A DNA stretch of 64,000 nucleotides from the human T2T-CHM13v2.0 reference genome, Homo sapiens. This document shows positions 30,259 through 42,975 of this stretch, piece by piece (position 1 is the stretch's first letter; every line of letters begins with the position of its first letter). Where the stretch lies: assembly GCF_009914755.1 (NCBI RefSeq), contig NC_060928.1. One strand, given 5' to 3'. The position numbers were made by a program, and so were the translations under genes. The notes under the pieces were generated by a model. That model searched no databases and was not told the DNA's origin. It saw only the letters and a program-made list of their open reading frames with translations.

Positions 30259-31427
30259 TACTGTACCTTTTCAATTTTTAGATATGTTGAGATACACAAG
30301 TGTTTTCTACTGCATTACAACTGCCTACAGTATTCAGTACAGTAACATGCTGTATAGGTTTGTTGCCTAAAAGCAACAGGCTATGCCATATAGCCTACGT
30401 GTGTAGTAGGCTATACAATCTAGGCTTGTGTAAGTATACTGTATGATGTTCACACAACAATGAAATCACCTAATAATGTATTTTTCAGAAAGTATTTATG
30501 TCATTGATGCTTAACTGTAATTTTTTTTTACTGAATGACTCAAATCTAACCAGAGATTTTAAGGGAATGGAAGAATAATACCAACATAGCAAAAATTTAA
30601 CCTCTCTTCCCATTCAAAATTTGTTACCTGTGCATAACCTCACATAACCTAAAGGCTGACTATACAATGAGTCTTGCTTTTAGAATGATACTGCTTGCTT
30701 TTATGACACCTATCAACTTTCTGATGACTGAGGAATCACGTCATAAAGAATATGGCGACTCACAAAGACCTAAATGATTACAAAATAATTCTATAAATAG
30801 TAATAAAAATAATAAAACAGTACATACTCATATCAAATGAAAACTATTCTGGAAATGTGATAAAAGCCTTTGAAATTTATAGGATTTTTGAGTACTAAGA
30901 ATACTTAATAATACAGAATACTATAGAATAATATTAAGAATACTAAAGATATCTGACTACCAAATATTTTGCATTAAGCATAAAATATTCGTCAACTCCT
31001 GTAGACATTATTTTACAATAATTTTCCAAACTTTATCTCAAAACTTCCCTTCCCTATGGATAAAATATTCCTTGTAAAAAGGATTTAATGTTTCCAAATA
31101 GGAGGAATTGTCACCTTTATGAAGGAATGGTTATCTTCATACATATCGTGAAAAAGTTCATAAAGTTTCCAATTAGCAAGCCTCGAACATGTCACTCACT
31201 GACATACAAAGCTTAAAAGCACCGTTGACAACCAGAACAAACTGTTCTGCAAATTTGCTTTCATATTTTATCACTATTTTCAATAAAATATAATATTTAA
31301 TAATTCAATGATTTTATGCCTTTTCAAAAAATAAAATCATTTTTTTCAAAAATGAAGTAGCTAAGATTACAAAAAATAATAGGTTTGAAAATAGGTAAAA
31401 CTTCTGGGATTTTTCCTGTTGCATCAC

Positions 31428-31817
31428 TGTTAAGGACTGAATTGTGTTCCCTCCAAAATTCATATGTTGAAGCTCTAACCTCCATACCTCAGAATGTGAT
31501 TGTATTTGGGGCCTTTAAAGAGGTAATTAAGGTTAAATTAGATTATAATGGGGTCCCTAATCCAATAGGACTAGTGTCCTTATAAGAAGAGGAAGGGACA
31601 TCAGGAGAGTGCACACAGAGAAAAGGCCACGTGCGGACACAGTGAGAAGGCAGCCATCTGCACACCAAAGAGAGAGGCCTCAGGAGAAACCAACACTGCT
31701 GGCACCTTGATCTTGGACTTGCAGCCTCCAGGACTGTGAGAAATAAATTTCTCTCGTTTAGGCTTGTAACATCCAGTCTGTGGTATTTTGTTAGGGCAGA
31801 TGTAGCAAATTAATACA
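31428..31817 (+). mobile_element. MLT1A/B solo LTR
   Basis: tgttaaggactgaattgtgttccctccaaaattcatatgttgaag ... aaattaataca. Confidence 0.87.
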
Positions 31818-32804
31818 ATTTGGGGTTGAGGCCTCAAAGATAAAAATAAAGGTTGTGATGGGCCCACCCATTCTAAGCAAAAATGCTAGATGAGCTATAT
31901 AGAACTTATTAAGGTGAGACCAAACCCAGGTCTGGCGGCCTTGGGCCATCAACAGGCCACAAAGATATTTAAGCAGGAAATTCAGTGTTAAAATTTGAAG
32001 TTAAAAATTAGAGAGTGAGGATTTCTTTGAAGGGAGAGAGTTGCTAGAGAAATATAATGCTTCCTCTAACTTTCCCAAGCCAAGTGAGGGTCATCAGATT
32101 ATCACTTGGGTAGTTTGAAGAGTCTAAAACTCGTCAAAGAGTCTAACACAGACAGTCTGGCTATGGGTGCCCTGGGTGGCAGCACAAGAAGGCAGGGCTC
32201 TGCCTTGTGACTGACCTCCATTTCAAGAATGTGGCAAAGATGTGTTTCCTGAGGACTGCCCAGGTACTCTGAAGAAAGAAATAAGACATGAGTAATCTTC
32301 CAAAAGGATTGCCTGGAGGTCACCACGGGAGGCCAGGGGCTGCAGAGAAGTGAGAAGAGGCCAGGGCAGGAGGCATTGCTGATGTGAGGGCCTGGGGGAG
32401 CTACAGACAGGTCTCCTTCCCTAGGGGATGGCAAGTGGAGGTAGTTAGTGTCCTCTTCTGATACAACCACACAACTTTTAGCTAATATTTCAAAATGGTC
32501 TTTCATGGGGTAAAATATTTCTGGTACTTTCTTACTTGTCCTATCTGGCCTTCTCACTTATCCTGTTCTTTAGCATACTGCATGTGAATAGGTACACCAC
32601 TGCTGTAAAGGAATGTGGCTTTAGGTAGCACCCTTAATCTGGCAACGAATACTTTTGGAAATATATTTTCTTCTTTCTTCTCTAATTTGGGAAAAATAAT
32701 AAAATAAATGGTTTTAAGGGTAAACCATTTTTCTTACAGCACTTAGGAGGGAGAACTCAATAATGACTATGCCTATAATTATTACACTTAAAAAGCGAGT
32801 TCCT

Positions 32805-33131
<327 letters not shown>

Positions 33132-33589
33132 TTAATACTACAATCAAAAATCAATTTTTACCTCACGAAATGAACAAAATTATTTTAGGACTCAATCTTG
33201 CTTAGGAGAAAAAGCAAGTACACCAGTGAGCTTTCAGTCTCAAAGGTCATTAAGCAACCACAATTTAATGAATATTTCCTTTATTGTTCTCTAATGTTTT
33301 CTAAATTATTCTTGATCTCACTCCTTTTATGACAGTCATTAGTCAGAAAAACATGTCTTTGGCCCAAAAGCATCAGGGATTTTCAATATTACGTTACTGA
33401 AGTAGTCACATGTTAATGGTATCAGAAATTTCATTTAATAACGGTATTTCATAATCAGTCTAGTATGATTTTACATAGGGGATGAGGGCCTGGAGTAAAA
33501 TAACAAGGTGGTGGTTATGGAAAGACCACAAATATTTAAAAACTTTTTAAATTTTAAATATTTAGTATGTTTACTAAAAATAAAACTGG

Positions 33590-33742
33590 TTTTTTTTTTT
33601 CTGCCCTTTTTTTTTTTTTTTTGTAGAGATGGGGGTCTTGCTTGGTTGCCCACGGTGGTCTTCAACTCCTGGCTTCAAGCAATCTTTCTACCTCAGCCTC
33701 CCAAAGTGTTGGGATTATAGGTGTGGGCCACCGTGCCCAGCC
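33590..33742 (-). mobile_element. FLAM_C/Alu left monomer 43 nt from the exon donor
   Basis: Monomer with poly-T at the low end. Confidence 0.85.
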
Positions 33743-33785
33743 TAGTAAAGTTGTTTTAACTCCTAAAAGGATTTATTGTACTAAC

Positions 33786-33995
33786 CCTGAAAGAGTTGAA
33801 TGAATCGAGGCTGCAACGCTGAGGTGATCAGACTGTCAGGCAGCTCCCTCAGAAACAGCTTCAACAGACTGGCTGCTGAGCAGACATCACCGTCCTTCCC
33901 GAGCTCCACGGGCACTCCACTCTCGAACTTCAGTCGAAGTTGTTCCACCACCTTCACGTTACCATTCACCCTAAAAAGACCTTCTTGGGTAAGTC
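33786..33995 (-). CDS. FAM13A: FAM13A coding exon with RhoGAP arginine finger (EGLFRVNG)
   Basis: Translates (G)LTQEGLFRVNGNVKVVEQLRLKFESGVPVELGKDGDVCSAASLLKLFLRELPDSLITSALQPRFIQLFQ-D. Acceptor TCTTCCAG|GA, donor CAGG|GTTAGT. 210 nt, phase 1-1. Arg codon at 33970-33972. Confidence 0.96.
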
Positions 33996-34614
33996 CTGGA
34001 AGAGCAAAGTAGGCACAGAAAATAAATAGGTTTCTCACAGACATGAAACGTAAAGAATGATAACAACACAAAGAAAGAAATCTCAGCATATGATTCTCTC
34101 AACACTGTAATTATCAATCATTGTGTAATTTTCACATTTTGTAAAACTTTCCTTAGAATAATAAATGTTCATATCCACTGCATGTCAGCTTAAAAGATCA
34201 TATATGATTGGTATAAAACCCAGCTTCTAAAAATAAGGCTATGGCATATATAAACATAGAGCAAAACAGAGTACACAAAGAAATTTCATTTATATAATCT
34301 TCTAGAGCACATAACAAAAACTTACTCAGGGCTCTAACAGCAGCTTAACACTTCATGAACAACTACTTTTTAAATGACATGTATTTAAGAAACTTTTAAA
34401 CTCTATGTAATTACCTGTGTAATAGTTTAAGAAATAAGGGGTAGTTTTTCAGTTATCACTAAATTCAAAATGTAAGACTCTAGGAAACTACAAAGTGGTA
34501 TAAGACAAGATCCTTGCCTTCAGTCAGTTGATGGGGGATATCAGTGTCAGCTGAGGTTATCAGAGAAGGCCTCCTGGAGGAGGTAAACTTAACCTTTGGC
34601 TAAAGCAACACAGA

Positions 34615-34790
34615 GGGGCTGGAGCTGTTACGCTGTGAAACCAATGAAGCTTGAGCTTCAGGGCCCCTCATTTTCTTGGGCCCTTTACAAGCTCTGTCCC
34701 TAATCCTGTATTCTTAGTATCATATTCTTTTTCTTAAAGAAGTCTCAGAAGATTAGGCATCTGGACTCACAAAACCTTGATCTACCCCTG
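34615..34790 (+). mobile_element. MER53-like hAT MITE within an L2 relic
   Basis: tgaaaccaatgaagcttgagcttcagggcccctc ... cacaaaaccttgatctacccctg. Confidence 0.7.
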
Positions 34791-35883
34791 ACAAAGATAA
34801 ACAAAAATATGAATTGAGAAGTAGACATAGGAAAACATAAAGAAAGGTAGGCAGAGGACAATGTGGGGTGCCTAGGTCAAAGAATGATGGGATAATAAAA
34901 TGGAGAAACAGGAAAGGGTCTGTGACAAGTTAAAGAGTGAAGGCCTTATCACTGGAGCAATAAGTGAGGAAAAAGACAAAATATAATCAGGGTTTTAGGA
35001 AGATTTAGCTAGCTAAGAAGTAGAGTATGGAGAGGACCTGCCTTATGGAAACTATCTTCTATTTTAAGGTAGTAAACTGAGATTATGGTGGAAAAGAAGT
35101 GAAAAACAAAGAATAAAGATGATTTGGTAACTTGGTTCAAAAGGGAGAGGGAAAGGGTTGAAAGGTAACCTTAAAGTTTTGAAAAGTAGGAATACAGGAA
35201 AAAAAAAACACTGTAAAAGATAAGATTAGGGGGTAGGGATAGGAGAGTAGCTGGTTTACGGCAGAAGATAATGATTTCCAGCTTAGTGTGCTACACACCA
35301 TGTAAGTGAATGTGTCAGGCAGTAGAGGACTTTGAAAGTGTAAGAAACAATCTTTCTAAGAAAGAGCAGGCCAGGATTTAACGTGACATTCTTGAGAGTC
35401 TAATGGTGAATGTTAGCAATGACATAATGACATTGAAGCCTATCAGGATTTTTTAGAGGGGAGGTGATAATTTATATCAGCCTTTGCTTCTTTCCCTTAA
35501 CTGGTAATTGTATTGCTCTTTTTAAAGCAAAAGAGGAAGCTAATTTTATTTTATTTTATAATCTAATAAAATACTTTTAAGTTCTTTAATTCAACAAACA
35601 TGTAATAAGTGCCTGACATTATCTTAGGTAATAAAAAAAAATCAATCCTGAGAAAAAAAATTCAACACTATCATTACCCTCATGGACTTTGAAGTCTGGT
35701 GAGATGTTTGTGTTCTTCCACATATACATATTATTTGGCTGTGAAGAAAATCAATATCAAAAGTTGATATGAATTTTAGCTCCAATTCTGAAAAAAATTG
35801 TGACACTAGGGATGATATTAAAAGTATTTAACAATGACTAGGACCAGGGCACCACCTAAATGGAAGAGATACCAGTTGGTCTG

Positions 35884-36453
35884 TGTGGCAGACAGCTTCT
35901 AAAATAGTTCCCATGATCCCCACTTCTCGTACCACACCCATTATAATCCCCTCTACTTGAGTGTGGGCCGGACCTAGTGACTTGCTTCTAACAACAGAAT
36001 ACAGCAAATGTGATGTCATGTCATATTTTAAGATTAAGTTATAAAAGACTGACAATCCATCATGCTTCTCTCTCTTTCTCTCTCTCTCCCCCTCTCTCTG
36101 TCTGTCTGATGTACTTTATTAGCTACTGGCCACGGGCAAACAACTAAAGGTGGTCTCTGGCCAACGACCAGTGAATAACTGAAAACCCTCAGGTCAACAG
36201 CTCACAAGTAACAGAATCCTGCCAACAACCACATGAATGAGCTTGGGAGGGAATTTTTCCCCTGTTGAGTCCTGATATGACTGAAGCCTTGGCTGACACC
36301 ATGATCACGGCCTTGTAACTCTAAGACAGAGGACACAACTAAGATGTATCTGGATTCCTGACCCACAGAAACTATGAGATAATGATAAATACTATTGTTT
36401 TAATCTATTATGTTTTGGGGTAATTTGTTATGCAGCAAATGGGTAACGAATAC
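35884..36453 (+). mobile_element. MLT1E/F solo LTR
   Basis: tgtggcagacagcttctaaaa ... gaatcctgccaacaaccac ... gtaatttgttatgcagcaa. Confidence 0.83.
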
Positions 36454-37577
36454 GATACGCCTTTCCCTTAAGTTCTGTGGAATATCAGGTTCTATTGGGA
36501 GATGCCAGCTTAATCATTTAAAGCTTTCAAGGTCTGTCTCCTCTACTATACAAAAGTTTATCTTTAGCTTCAGAAACTTATCCAACAATCAAGCAGCTAG
36601 CATCCAACACAAAGGCATTCCGTCCCTGGTCAAATATGAAATCCTGAAAATTTAGAGTTTTGTTTCCTGTTCCTATATTTACCCAGCTGCTTAACCTAAT
36701 CTTGCCTTCTGTTTTTGGCCTAGCAAATGCCCCTTAGATCTGATTTCACATGATGTTGTTTTTTTTTTTTCTTTTTAGCTTTGACCTTAGTCTTTCTTTT
36801 CCAACAAGGTTTTTTTGAACCTTCCCCCAAATAAATATACTTCCAGCAATTTCAGAAAAAAATACCCAGCTCCAAGAACTGTCTTGTGGTCCTCAAGCCT
36901 CCTGATTCCACTGGACCAAACTAGCAGTCATATAAGGTACAAATAGAAGTGACTGAATTTAATGCTCCTCAATAATATTTTCCTGTCTCTGTCCCATTTA
37001 TCTGAACAACTCTTTTCCCTCAGGATTATCTCCCACCCACAACTCTTATGATAATTCGTGATGTTCAACTAGGGAAAGTTTATAATCCTGGGCATGAATA
37101 TATCACATTCTGAGAAGAAGAATCCATACAGTTTTTTAAAGCCTCTTATGAGGCTAGAATATAGCCAGTACCCACATGAGGCTTACCAGACCATATAACC
37201 TTTAAATTTTCCTACTCTAAAATTGTAGAAAGTTATGACTGTAACAAAAATATTCAGAAAAGGGGGATATTTGGATGACTTCATGAAGCAGAGTTACTCT
37301 CATACATTTCAGAGCTCCTATTATATTTGATTTTAAGCTATGTGCTAATTATCACAAAACAGCAACTTAATAGTGGTTTAGAAATGAAGAAAAAATTATA
37401 TAAGCTAATGTCTACATCACTGAAAGATACTTTTCTGTACAACTGAAATATTTCTTTCAAAATAGTATGAATATTAAAAACAGAATATGCCATTAGAAAC
37501 AGAATATGCCAGAAGTCACAAATTGCCTAACAGCACACTTTGGCCAGGGAAGTAGTATGACAATAAGTAAGCACATT

Positions 37578-37591
37578 CTGACACCTGGTGG
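37578..37591 (-). promoter_or_regulatory. Candidate CTCF core motif
   Basis: Minus strand CCACCAGGTGTCAG versus consensus CCASYAGRKGGCRS (1 mismatch), in non-repeat sequence. Motif only. Confidence 0.4.
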
Positions 37592-38084
37592 TGACTTGAG
37601 ACTCTACACTGTAGGTTAAAACGGCATAACCTATAGTATCTTCATGCCAAACTAAGAGAAAGAAGCCGTTAACATTGTCAGCGAGAAAAAGAGTTTAAAG
37701 ACTGTATGCTTTATAAGTTATAATGTATATACCTTTAAATGAAAATATCCAAAATCTGCTTAAAGGGCTTGATATAGGCCTTTCTGTCTTAAAAATTCCT
37801 TTACAATAATAGTTTACCTTCATGCCAAATTGTTAAATTGCATTTACGTGAAACAATAATAAAGCATAACCAAAATAGCAACCTATGATTGAATTACATG
37901 AATGGTCACCCCTATAGTCCCATTTCCATGCCTGACATAGTGCTTACTGTGTATCACAGGTGTACAGTAAATGTTTGTTGATCTGAAAAAACTGCAAAGT
38001 AATTAAATAAAACAAATTGAAGTATTATGCCCTCAAACTTTATACTACCCTTCAAACTTACACAATTTCTTTGGTTTATTAACA

Positions 38085-38285
38085 TGGTAGTTTCAAATAC
38101 AAGAAGGGGCTTGTGTTTGTCTACGTAGTAATTAACTACATAGCCTTTCAAAATACAGGTGCCAGGCCTACCCGAGCTTGCCCAGTCAAGATTCTGATTC
38201 AGTAGTATGAGGTGTGGGCAATGCATGTGTATTATGAAGATTCCACTAGTGATTCTATTTCACATCCCTCATTAAGAGCGACTGA
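38085..38285. mobile_element. MER5-family hAT-Charlie relic
   Basis: agattctgattcagtagtatgaggtgtgggc...ttaagagcgactg. Confidence 0.6.
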
Positions 38286-38570
38286 TTTAACTTAATAAAA
38301 TGTTTAGTTTGCATTACCCGAATACACCCTGTTAAAGTATAACTAACAGTATGCTAAGGAGGGGCAGAAGAAAATCAATCCCTAATTTAAATTTTGTCAA
38401 AATTTTCATATGTTGATGGTGTGAGTGTAAATTGTTTCAGCTCTGATAGAGTTCATTACACATGCACATATCCTCTGACCATCCAGGAGTTCACTTCCAG
38501 GAAGGTAGTCTATGCACACACTTGTATGTGCTTCAAATGCCATATGCTAAAGGTTAACCATGGAATCATT

Positions 38571-38889
<319 letters not shown>

Positions 38890-39792
38890 GGAATCATTGT
38901 CTGTAAACGACAGAAGACTGGAAACAATCCATTTGCCCATCAGTATGGGACTGCTTAAAGATATGATATATACATGTGGTAGAACGGTGTGCAGAGGAAA
39001 AGAAAATAATTAAAAATGAGTAAAGCTCTTTATGCAATATGGAACAATCTCCAAAATACACTGATATTTAAAAGATTCAGAACAGTGTGCAATATTTGTG
39101 ATAAAAGGGAAAAAAGAACACACAGACGCATACTTATATATACACGAAACATCTTAAGAAGATACCAGAAACGGGTATAGCAATACTGTTTTAGAGAGAG
39201 AAAACAAAGGTCAGGAGACACTTTGTAGGGATAGACTTTTCACCATATACTCTCCTATATTTTTAACCACATAATTTTATTAACAATTCAAAAAATATTA
39301 AAATTTTTAAAAATCAAAAATGTAAAATTTTTTACACAATAAAAGTATGATCAAGAGACTATTATCCAATGAATGTTGAGAGAAAGAACGTTGATTATGC
39401 CATAACCAGAATACTATTCTAGGTACCCGTAGTTGGACATCTAAATGAACCATACAACCCTACTTAACAGATGAAATGAAAGATCTAAAAATCCATTTGT
39501 ATCTAACTCAGTGGGATACACAGCCTCACTCAAAACCAAGTATGTAAATAAATCCTGTTAAAGCTGGTTGTAAATCCTGGCTTCAAGATTTTGTAGGCCA
39601 AACTTCCATCTTCCTGTCATGCTATGTGTAACACTGTTTGTATTTAACTGTTTGAAGCATTTGAATAAATCCAGAGCTGTTTTCTAAGAATCTGGCCTTT
39701 TTACAATTTATCTTCCTTTAATAAGGAGAAAAATTCTACGGAGTAAGAACAGAAACCTGGCTCTTAAGTTTTCAGAAAAAAAATATAATTTT

Positions 39793-40146
39793 GTCATAAA
39801 GAACTGCCTGAGAGTGGGTAATTTATAAAAGAAAGAGGTTTAACTAACTCACAGTTCAGCATGGCTGGGGAGGCCTCAGGAAACTTACAATCATGGCAGA
39901 AGGCAAAGGGAAAGCGAGGCACCTTCTTCACAAGGCAGCAGGAAGAAGAAGTGCTGAGCGAACAGGGAAGAGCCCCTTATGAAACCATCAGATCTCTTGA
40001 GAACTCATTCACTATCAGAGAACAGCCTGGGGAAACCACCCCCATGATTCAATTACCTCCACTTGGTCTCTCCCTTGACACGTGGGGATTGGGGGATTAT
40101 AATTCAAGATAAGATTTGGGTGGGGACACAAAGCCTAACCATATCA
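39793..40146 (-). mobile_element. THE1/MST solo LTR
   Basis: ggtaatttataaaagaaagaggtttaa...ggaggcctcaggaaacttacaatcatggcagaagg ... aaccatatca. Confidence 0.87.
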
Positions 40147-40552
40147 GTCATCTACATGCCTAGTAACCAGAGCAGATAGATGTTTTTTCAATTAACATCT
40201 AACCATCAGCAGAATGAATAATCTGCCATAGAGTCCCTGTCAAAAGTTGATAGGAACATGTGATGAGTGCTTCTCACTCATTTCCAATAAATGATTCTTA
40301 TCAGAAAGGGAGAAGAGACTTGTAATCCTGGAAAGATATGGCCTGAAACAAATTACTCAAATTACAGTAGACCCACCTTACCGGCAGGGGATATGTTCCA
40401 AGACTGCCAGTGGATGCCTGAAACCTTGGATAGTACCAAACCCTATATATACTGTTTTTTTCTCCTATACATACATATCTATGACAAAGTTTAATTTAAA
40501 AAGTACGCATAGTAAGAGATTAACAACAATAACTAATAATAAAACAGAATAG

Positions 40553-40850
40553 AGCCAGGTGCAATGGCTCACATCTATAATCGAAGCTACTTAAGAGGCT
40601 GAGGTGGAAGGATTGTTTAAAGCCAGGAGTTCAAACCAGCCTGGACAACATGGCGAGACCTGCCTCTAAAAAAATTTTTTTTAATTAGCAGGTTACAGTG
40701 CCACATGCCTGTATAATGCCAGCTACTCAGAAGGCTGTGGTGGGAAGATTATTTGAACCATGGAATATGAGGCTGCAATGAGTTATGATCACATCATGGC
40801 ATTCCATCCTGGAAAACAGAGCAAGACTCTGTCCCTTTAAAAAAAAAAAA
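40553..40850 (+). mobile_element. AluJ
   Basis: Diverged dimeric Alu inside MER44. Confidence 0.85.
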
Positions 40851-41248
40851 GCAATACAATAGAAAAAATGGGAGAGATTTGTTCTTACCATAGATTTTAG
40901 CAACCTCAGCATACAATTTTTTTTCTTCCTTTATTAAGTCGAGAACTCACCTTTTCAATTAAAAGAAGCACTTCATGGCTTCTCTTTGGCATATCCGAAT
41001 TGCCAGCATTATTATTCTTGCGCTTTGGGGCCATTATTAAGTAAAATAAGAGTCACCTGAACACAAGCACTGTGATACCACAATGATCAATCTGCAAATT
41101 GAGGCCACTGCTAAGTGACTAATAGGAAGGTGGCATATACACATGGATACACTGGACAAGGGGAGGATTCAGGTCCCAAGCGGCAGGATGGCTGGAGATC
41201 TCATCATGCTACTGAGAAGGCTACACCATTTAAAACTGATGAATTGGT

Positions 41249-41549
<301 letters not shown>

Positions 41550-41726
41550 GCCCCCAAAAACTGATGAATTGTTTATTTCTAAAATTCTCCAGTTAGTATT
41601 TTTGGACCATGATTGGTCACAGGTAAGAGTGAAACCTTAGAAAACCAAACCATGCATAAGGGCGGGGGGGATTACTGTACAGAATATTTTTGAAGCCTCA
41701 AGTTTTACATTTAAAAATCCCTTCAT

Positions 41727-42018
<292 letters not shown>

Positions 42019-42033
42019 AAAAAAAGATGTAGG

Positions 42034-42104
42034 CACATGTATACATATGTAACTAACCTGCACAATGTGCACATGTACCCTAAAACTTAAAGTACATAAA
42101 AAAA
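42034..42104 (+). mobile_element. Extremely 5'-truncated young L1 (L1PA2-like) 3' terminus
   Basis: cacatgtatacatatgtaactaacctgcacaatgtgcacatgtaccctaaaacttaaagta + polyA; 15-bp TSD aaaaaaagatgtagg; tt/aaaa target. Confidence 0.9.
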
Positions 42105-42785
42105 AAAAAAAGATGTAGGGAATATGGAAGCATTCTCTCAACTTATCCAGATTTGTGATTTATTTTAAACGAAATCATCAAAAAGCTGTGGGCTTCACAG
42201 CTCTCAATAACTAAATGAGATATAATTTATCTTTTTACTGTATAATGTACTATATTATTCTCCAAATGTTTTACATGCTTTATCATTCCAAAAATAAGTG
42301 AAACCACCCCCCACCACTCCGCATAGTAAGCTTTACATCATAGTTTTTTGGTGTCTCTCCTAAGTGTATGAGGATAGTCAAGGCATTGAATAAGTTCATG
42401 ATTGACCTCAGGTAAAAGAGATACCCAAAAACGTGTTTGATTACATTAAAAATTATTGACTATCAGTTGGAATTTAATTAATCTAGTAAACTGACTATTA
42501 ATATTACAACAGTGTATTTCAGCATTTAAAACTAGGAAACATTCCAAACTAGAAATCTCTATAATTAAAGTGATTGCTCTATGGTTAATCAAATTAGTAC
42601 TGTCAAGATCATGTTAAGCAGTAATGCCCTTTTTTAAATGAAAAGTATATTACACAATAACTTAATATTCTAATGAAGGTGCTTTAGAGGATAGCCTAAT
42701 CATACATTATGAAATAATTCACACAAATAATTTGTTTATGCAAGGGACTGTGAAAATGAACAGACTAAAGCATGACTTAACTCAC

Positions 42786-42975
42786 CATGCTGCGTCAAAT
42801 ATTCCACTATATTCCACACTACTGCTGGAATGCCATTCTCGGTGAGCCCCTGCCGTTCAAGTTCTTGGAGACTGACTCCAAATAACTTCTGATAGGTAAA
42901 ATCCTTCTGTTCATTTAATGGCACTGCCACTATCTTTTTCATGTCTTCTTTCAGCCGAACCGCTGCTTTACTTTG
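42786..42975 (-). CDS. FAM13A: FAM13A coding exon (second coding exon of the long isoform), start of RhoGAP domain
   Basis: Translates QSKAAVRLKEDMKKIVAVPLNEQKDFTYQKLFGVSLQELERQGLTENGIPAVVWNIVEYLTQH-G, recognised as FAM13A with RhoGAP motifs 'LFGVSL' and 'IPAVV'. Acceptor ...TTTTTTCTTACGCTCCTTTAAG|CAA, donor CATG|GTGAGT. 190 nt, phase 0-1. Confidence 0.96.

Larger units (their letters stand above)
26822..30518 (-). mobile_element. Tigger3 (Golem/MER7)-family DNA transposon hosting nested insertions
   Basis: ta|cagtcatgcactgcacaatgatgttttggtc left end and degenerate ...gatgcttaactg|ta right end; internal sequence continues across the inserts. Confidence 0.82.

Noticed and set aside
30660-30790. 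Cluster of AP-1/CRE-like half sites (tgactga, cacgtcat, cgactca)
   Set aside because: All are imperfect short motifs, expected by chance and unsupported without chromatin data.
32102-32557. 151-aa minus-strand ORF in locally GC-richer sequence
   Set aside because: No recognisable domain, no convincing splice-site pair and not part of the FAM13A frame.
42184-42202. Small hairpin agctgtg-ggctt-cacagct
   Set aside because: A 7-bp stem is expected by chance in 64 kb.
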